Shown in pieces: positions 56,341 to 64,000 of a stretch of DNA of 64,000 nucleotides (positions are counted from its first letter, which is position 1; each line of letters opens with the position of its first letter). Location of the stretch: contig OZ336874.1 of NCBI GenBank assembly GCA_965287045.1, positions 40,548,001 through 40,612,000 of the forward strand, given 5' to 3'. Under the pieces are notes generated by a model that made no database searches, had not been told where the DNA came from, and saw only the letters and a list, made by a program, of their open reading frames with translations. The position numbers and the translations under genes are program-made. The DNA is from Carcharhinus amblyrhynchos. Its lineage: Eukaryota.

Positions 56341-57364
56341 TTAGTTGGTAAAGCTGTACCTATCAAGATGCTACCAACCAAATTTGTAGACATTGTCACA
56401 CCTTGTCAAAATTTCTAGGGGAAGGCTCTTAGTAGGCTGCAGACCAACATGGAGATAGATGTGGTTGCAGAATTGTTTTACCTGTTATAAGGATAACTTT
56501 TGTCAGGAAGTGTCATGGGCTGGGATTAACAGTGACAAAACCAGTCAGGTGTAGCGACCAAACTGCAACTGAAACTTATTCTCCCTAAATGTTTGGCTGC
56601 CACTTCTTAATATCCTGATACTTTAACCTTAAAGATATACTGCTAATGACTTCTAATGTTTTTCAAAAGGCTCACAGAACTTTTGTCCCCTGACCCAGTT
56701 GAGAAATTCCTTTTTAATTCCTTCCAGCTATTCAAACTTTATTTCCATGCAATATTGTTATTCCACAATTACTATACTGCTTTTGTTTGTCACAGTTGGT
56801 GCTTTGATCTGTAAATAAAATGTACATCAGAAAATAAAATAAATCAGAAAATGTAAGTCATTTGCACTTTCCCCTTCAGGTAGAATTAACATTAGTGTTT
56901 AACCTGTAAGACATAACATGCACCAATAAAGGTAAACAGGCCTTGGATAATCTATATATGGCCCATCAAAGATTGTCTTGAATGGAAGATGGGCAAGGAG
57001 TAGATTTCCTTTTCCACTCTAGTGGGGATCCTCGCTCATAACTGTATATATTATTCACAGATTGCTCTGCTCTGTTTATTCACATCCTTCAGCCTTTCCC
57101 ATTAAGTGTACCAGAAATGAAAAAAAACTATTGTCCTTCCCCACCCCGGAAAAGAGTTGCAAAAATAGACCTTTTTTAATGTTTTATAACCGACAATTAA
57201 AACAAATTCACAGATTGCAATAATCTGTTGAGTATGCATTAATGACAAACAATGGCAATGTTACATGGAATGATTGCTAACAAAAGAATCACTATTTCAT
57301 TAAAGGGGATTCCAATTAATATTAATCGCACAGGAAAATTGACTGCCCTCTCCAGATTTTTAAA

Positions 57365-58080
57365 TGTATTTGTTTATAGATGTGGGCTTTGCTGACTAGG
57401 TCAGCGTTTATTGCCCATTCCAATTGCCCTTAGGAAGATGGTGGTGAGCTGTCTTGAACTGCTGCTGTCCATATAGTTTAGGTGCACCCACAGTGTTGTT
57501 ATAGAGGCAGTTCCAGGTTTTAACCCAGTGACAGTGAAGGAACAGCGACATCAGAATTGTGTGTGGCTTAGAGGGGAATTTTCAGATGGGGGTGTTCCCA
57601 CATATCTGCTATCCATGTTCTTCTAGGTGGTAGAGGTCGTGGGTTTGGGTTACACTGCCAAGAGAGCCTTGGTGAGTTGCTGTAGTGCATTTTGTAGATG
57701 GTACACATTGTTGCCATTGTGCGTCAGTGGTGGAAATAGTGAGTGTTTAAAATGGATGGGGTATCAATCAAGAATATTGAAATATCCTGGATGATGAATT
57801 GTGAGTATTCCATTACACTCCTGACTTGTGCTTTGTAGAAGGTGAACTGGCTTTGAGGAGTCAGAAGGTCTGTTATCCTGCAGAATTTTCAGCCTCTGAC
57901 CTGGTCTTATAACAGCAGTATGAATATGGCTGATCCAGTTCAGTTTCAGGTTAAAGCCAGGACATCCAGGATGTTGATGGTGGTGAATTCAGCAACAGTA
58001 ATGCCAGTGAGTTTCAAGGATAGATTCTTTCTTGTTGAAGACGGTCATTGCCTAGCACTGGTGTGGCACAAATATTACTT
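57365..58080 (-). mobile_element. CR1/L2-clade LINE 3' part
   Basis: gatgtgggctttgctgactaggtcagcgtttattgccc tail; homologous to 30800-31120 in opposite orientation. Confidence 0.75.
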
Positions 58081-59478
58081 TTGAGTTTTGTTTGGTCTGA
58101 ACTTAGTTTCAAGGGAGAGGGCACAATATCAGCTGTCCTGGTTAATCTTTGGAAAATAGAGTTCAAGAGCTAAGCCTCAATTCCTGTGGAGTCAGGAGTA
58201 AACACAGAATCAGCTGACAATCAAGTTTGAGAAAGAGAAAGCTATTAGCTTTTTGGAGCTAGTGGATAGAAATTCTGAATGATTGAGGATTTTTTGTTTT
58301 AAGATCACAGAAGCATAATATGTTTTCCAATACAAGTAAGATTCTCAAACTGCATATTGGAACACTCGATGCTTCTGAATCTAAGAAGATATTTGTCTTA
58401 ATCTGAAATTAATTCTCCCTTTAAGTATTGTATTTTTCCTCATGGTTGGTCAAACTCTATATTTATGAGTCAGCGACAATTTCAATTATTAAGCTCCCTA
58501 AATCCAAATCTATATCATTTATAAACAGAAGAAGGTCTACAGCACATCATGCAAACTAAAGTCAACGATAGTGCTGTTTAGCTGAATAAATTATTATTTG
58601 CCTTTTCAATGTCTGTATCAATCCTTTTGCATTTCCAGCAAATACCTATTTAAAAGTCATTAAGGAAATATGGTCCTTCATGCATTAACAGGTGAGTTGT
58701 CTTCATTTATTTCTGCTTTATTCAGTGTTGAGCCTGTAACAATGTTGGAATAGGACGTTCATTCTCTTGGTGATGGAGAATGATGACAACTGAAAATCAC
58801 ATAATTTAGCTACTAAATCTCAAAGCGTACAAACAAACAGATGGAAAGAGCTTTAACCTGTTTGTGAGTCCTCCACAGGGTTTTCTCTGAAGAACATTAT
58901 CACAGTTAATTGTCTGCAATAGCACACCAAGGATTGCGATAAATGCTGACCGATCAACAAGTTCTCCATCCCTGGCTCCACCATCTCATACTTTGATGCA
59001 GTAAACTAGTGACCTATTGCATCAGGACACATAAATATGTCATTAAATTATCTTGTTATATTGCATAATATGATGTAGTTGAACTGGTGACAAATGATGG
59101 AACAAATTGGTTTGATCTTCACACCGTTTTGAAATTAATAGCTTTATTTTGTTGTATTTTAGAAGTTTCTTCAGGACTTTGGTTCTTCTATAATTGACAT
59201 TCTCTAGCCCACAACATTTTCTAATCTTGGATTCTTCATAGATTGAACAGACTCTGTATAACTGTAAATTGAAGAAATGCTACATCTTAAGACCACAGAA
59301 TGAGTTAAAATTGTACACTTCAACAGTTTCATCAGTTTCAACCAATCAGATTGTATCCTTATATTTTAATCAGCCTTTTATAATCATAAATATTATTGTC
59401 CACGTATGGCTTTTCAGTTGTTGAGAAATGTGCAAACTTTCTTGCAATATTATTGCCTTTTATTGAGTTATACTGACT

Positions 59479-59593
59479 GTGGGTAACCATGTTTATAACT
59501 ATTGCTTTGCAACAGAAAGAAATATTTACATGTAGTGGGTAATCATATTTATAACTATATTGCTTTTGCAACAGAAAGAAACATTTACGTGTA
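59479..59593 (+). repeat. Tandem duplication, two ~57-bp units
   Basis: gtgggtaa(c/t)cat(g/a)tttataacta(..)ttgcttt(t)gcaacagaaagaaa(t/c)atttac(a/g)tgta at 59479-59534 and 59535-59593. Confidence 0.9.
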
Positions 59594-59854
59594 ATATTTT
59601 AATCTACTTCAAATAAAATATATATTCTCTTATATACCTTCCAATTTCATCTGTTTCCTTTCTTGCCACTTTTCGACTCCATTTCTCATCTGAATGTAAT
59701 GCTTACTTATTTGCCTCTCTTATTGTCTTTATTCATTCGTGGGATGTGGATGTCACTGGGTAGGCCACATTTATTGTTCATCCCTAACAGCTCTTGAAAC
59801 ATTCACATGTTGCACTTGTGATTTGTGAATTTTTAAATAATCTAAACTGAATGG

Positions 59855-60350
59855 CATAACATAGAAACTACTACATAAAAAGCAAGCCATTCAACTCAAC
59901 CAGTCTGTCTGTTTGGTGTTTATCCTCCACAACTCTAATCCCATTGATCTCACCTCCGTATTCCTTTATTGTATTTTTCATCAACCATATATCCAATCTA
60001 TTCTTGTTGCCACAATCTCTGTTTAAATGACTCATGTCTGTCATGTATTACATAATCTCACAACTTTGTTTGAATTAAAACAATATTCTGCTCTCTTTCC
60101 CAAATCTCTCATTTAATGTTATTTCTATATCAGCTGGTTCTAGATCCCTCAACCATTGGAAACAGTTTGCTTTGATCTACTCTGCCCCATTCCCTTCAGG
60201 ACTCACCCCATAATCTGTTGGAATGAAAATAGTCTCAACTTTTCAAGTATATTGTTTCAAATCAGAGAACAAGAAGAATGCCTTAACCTTTCTTAGCATA
60301 ATTCACATCTTCTTTAAACACAGGCCTTAAAACAAAACACCACTACTGTA
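59855..60350 (-). mobile_element. Decayed CR1 3' fragment
   Basis: aacatagaaac tail followed by agccattcaactc... and ggttctagatccctc...ggaaacagttt...tctactct. Confidence 0.5.
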
Positions 60351-61635
60351 ATCTTATGTTGGTATTTTTATACCAACATTGGCTATTATCAGTTTCAACC
60401 AATCAGATTATTTGGAAGGTACCGTTTGAAGCCTATATAAGCAGATAGATTGGACTGAAACAGACCAGATGTTAATTTAATTTATTAAGCCATAAAACAC
60501 AGTAAAGAATTTTCTTGAGAGAGAACAGTTTTGTTTGTGTGGAAATATTACTTTCTCTAAAACTGGTTGCAGCTGTTTCTTTGAGATAAGGTGGATATTC
60601 CCTGGTATGAATGTATTTACTGGCTTTATTTCTGTTACTATCCTCGTGGAATTGTAAGGTTTGGAAATAAAGGAGTGGGATTCGAGTGTTGATGTATTTT
60701 ACTTAATTGGGAACATATACAGAGAAACACTCTCAGAATAACGTCTAGACTTCAAAAAGTAAAGTCATTCAGAACATCAGGTATGAGAGAGCAACATCTT
60801 TCGTACTCTCATAAAACATACTTTGGCTTCAGTAAAAATAAAAATCACTTCTTGCAATTATGAGATTTATATTTTTGGATGTGTTTGTAATTTAGGATAA
60901 AATAAAGGGATTGTGTGACCTGTTCTGAAGTCTGACTGAGAACAGGTTGATTGCAGGGGCCTCTGAAGATTAAAGGAAGGCCCAGATTGTTTAGGAGGGA
61001 AGAAGGCATAAATTATTCACACATCAAGGCAAGGGCAGAAGCATCTCTGTTTACAGTAGTTAGATTGGTAATCTCCAAAGTGTCAGGAAAATACTGAGAA
61101 TATCAGGTTGCAAACGGTTACATCAATCATGTCATCCTTTCATCTATTAATTGAAAGTTAAAATTTCTTTTTAAAAAAGTTAACGATCTCTCTGGGAATT
61201 GTAACACGTGAGAACAGGGACCCACCATGGGAGATTTGGTGGACCAGCCAGCAACCCATTGACTTTCAGTAGGACTGAAGAATCCCATCAGCAGATGGGA
61301 CTGGAAAATCCCACTATATTATAGCAGCACTATAGCTGACTACTTTTGTGTAATTCAATAAAGGTGATGTAATAAACAGTAAAATGTTTGAATATCAAAA
61401 TGCTGGGAATGTACAGATTAGTCAACATCTCTGAGGAGGAACAAAGAATTTATTATGTTTTGGGTATATACATGTAATCATTGGTTGAATGCTTAGTATA
61501 CCTGTGGTATACTTCTGCTGAACACAAACACAATTGTTCTCTGTATTACTTTGTTTCATGTCCTGTATTTCCATAAGTCCGTCACAGAAATTATGGTGAA
61601 AGTTTCCTTCTGCCCAACTGAAACCTGACTACAAA

Positions 61636-61986
61636 GGCGGCACCATAACACAATGGTTAGCCCTGCTACATCACACACCAGGGACCTGGGTTCAGTTCCG
61701 GTCTTGGGTGACAGTCTGCGTGGGTTTCCTCCCGTTTTTTCCCACGTCCAAAGATGTATAATTTAGGTGGATTGGCTGTGATAAATTGCCCCTTAATGTC
61801 CAAAAATATGTAGGTTAGGTGGATTGGTCATGCTAAATTGTCCCTAGTGTCCCAGACTAGATAGATTAGTCATTGTAAGTGTATGGGGTAATGGGGAGAG
61901 GGCCTGAGTAAGATACTCTCTCTCAGAGAGCAGGTGCAAACTAGAGAGGCCAAATGGCCTTTTTTCTGCACTGTAGCAATTCTATA
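61636..61986 (+). mobile_element. HE1-like tRNA-SINE with internal ~50-bp duplication
   Basis: ggcggcac...tggttagc A box and gggttcagttcc B box; the ttaggtggattgg...taaattg unit occurs twice. Confidence 0.85.
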
Positions 61987-62637
61987 ATTAAATTTTCCTG
62001 GAAGGGGATTGATTTAACATTGAGGCGAGCAATGGGCTATGAGCAGAAACCCAGGAGGGAAATCTGGTTTGGCTGCAGTAGTATAAAGGGCTGGAGGTAC
62101 AACGGTTGTATTATAATGTGTGGTGTGCGTGTGTGTGAAGATCTGAAGTAATAAAGGTCTAAGATTTTCGGAGGCTATGGCAGAGGCAACACCTTGATTT
62201 GCTTCAATGCCATAACTTTAACAGAATTCTGACAGAAACTTGCTCCTCTTCTAGCAAAATTATGGTGGCAGATTGGGAGCAGCTCTGCGGAAATTTGGGC
62301 ACTAAATTGTTGGCACCCAGGAGAAAAGGCATAGAAATGGGCTGTGGAACTTTGGAGGAAGGAGGTTTACACAAAACCATCTCAAGCACTCCGTGAATGG
62401 CTATTCTGTATATATTAATTGAAAATATATTTTCAATTAATAGATGAAATATAGAAAGATTTTGCCAGGTAGCCAAGGTAAGTGAAAGCAGTAATGTCTC
62501 TTCAGGTGCTGAAATAATCCTAGAATTGTGACTCATCACCAAACATTCCAGAATTACACAGTATGAAACAACAAGATGAGTTAATTATTAAACACTGGAA
62601 ATCCTATCAAGCACTACTGCTCAACACTCCGGAGCTG

Positions 62638-63000
62638 CATATAGAAACATATAAGATGGTTAGAGGTTTAGATAGGGTGGATGGTGATAGCCTGTTTCCT
62701 CGGATGGAGAAATCTAGCACGAGGGGGCATGGCTTTAAATTAAGGGGGGTTAGTTATAGGACGGATGTCAGGGGCAGGTTCTTTACCCAGAGGGTGGTGA
62801 GGGACTGGAATGCCCTGCCTGCTGCAGTTGTAAATGCGCCTAGTTTGGGGGCGTTTAAGGGATTGGTGGATAGGTTTATGGACGAAAAGAGATTGGTTTA
62901 GATTAGTGGGTCAATGTTTTTTTTTAAAAATAAGACTGGTCGGCGCAACATTGTGGGCCGAAGGGCCTGTTCCGCGCTGTTATGTTCTATGTTCTATTCT
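62638..63000 (+). mobile_element. Young CR1 3' fragment with (TGTTCTA)n tail
   Basis: Encodes IETYKMVRGLDRVD...TRGHGFKL...RFFTQRVVRDWNALP with an intact frame. Confidence 0.93.
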
Positions 63001-63114
63001 TGCCCAGCCATTGCCGTAGTCCCATGTAAGATTTTCTACAATGTAAAAAGCACCAGAAGAACATGACCATTGTGATCAGTCCACACAACCACCTAAGCAA
63101 AATGAAAATGTGAT

Positions 63115-63240
63115 AAAAGTAAAATACTACAGATGCTGGAATCTGAAACAAAAACAGGAAATACTGGAAATTGTCAGCAGGTCTGGCAGCATATGTGGGA
63201 AGAAAATCAAGCCAACATTTTTAGTATGGATGACACTTCA
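63115..63240 (-). mobile_element. Penelope-like 3' tail fragment
   Basis: aaaatactacagatgctggaatctgaaacaaaaacaggaaatactggaaattgtcagcaggtctggcagcat. Confidence 0.6.
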
Positions 63241-64000
63241 GTTTCCAGCCAATATCATTCTTTCTGTACCTTGCAAAGGGGGAAAGCATGCACACAGCCA
63301 AAAGCAAAGCGGAATCCATCAGATGCTTAGGTAGACGTAAAATGGAACCTTCCAAAAGGATTGGAGAATCACTGAACAAAGGAAGTGTTGAAGTTCAGGA
63401 ATTAGAGTGCAATTTGTTGTCTTCACACCATTACTTGTAAGACTGATTATTGCTTGGTAACAACTTCCAATTTATAAACTGTTGTCTACTCCCTGAAAAT
63501 GATTGTTCTTTGTGTTCGCTCTCAGGTGTTGGACCTTAGGAAAAAGGAAGATCCGATGAGAAGTTTTATGGCTTCATAGGGCCTATTCCTGCAACTAACA
63601 TGCAGGGCAAAGCCAAAGCGACAAATAAAAATGGCCTACTGGAACTCTAACCATTGTTTAAAATGGGAGAATTCCTAGCTGGGAAAAAAGAAATGGAAGA
63701 CTTGATTTGGGCTGCAAGATTGAATTTTGAGGCCATGTTGTTTTTTGGGTTTCAATAAAGGCTTTAAGAATGGCCAGATTTAATGTACTCAATGGTCCTT
63801 TCTTATTCCTATATTGACCTACTGGAACCCTAATGCACTGGTGAATCAGATTTGCTTTCCCAATTTCCAAATCATATGCTGCATTTGCTTGGTGTGTGAC
63901 AGACAATGATTGGTTTAATAATGAATCATTTAAAACATTATTGAAGTAACTTCTTATTTCAAGAGGATAAGCAGTTACCAATTCTTTACAATTAGCTAAA

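Noticed and set aside
59479-59593. CRISPR-like or other array
   Set aside because: Only two adjacent units with no spacers, in a eukaryotic context.

Overview
Vertebrate genomic DNA, most likely an elasmobranch (shark), judged from HE1-type tRNA-SINEs and CR1, L2 and Penelope-like fragments. The window holds the 5' half of the neuronal RNA-binding protein gene ELAVL2 (HuB) on the minus strand. From 5' to 3' it has: a CpG-island promoter (~41.9-42.4 kb); a U-rich non-coding first exon ending at a perfect donor (41495); a 91-nt alternative exon encoding the MAVRLCDV... N-terminal extension (22515-22605, absent from the ORF track); the METQLSNG... exon (18352-18607); and the 104-nt RRM1 exon (6994-7097). 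Further exons lie beyond position 1. The rest is intron or upstream sequence with decayed retroelements, plus a ~13 kb CpG-retaining, nearly repeat-free domain around the promoter. I found no clearly new biological system. The most interesting signals concern 5'-end regulation of ELAVL2: a start-codon cassette exon with Rbfox and QKI motifs, a NAGNAG acceptor overlapping a 5' splice site, a possible splice-switchable uORF, and a CTCF plus double MEF2 cluster. Repeat boundaries are approximate and family names come from recognition by eye.
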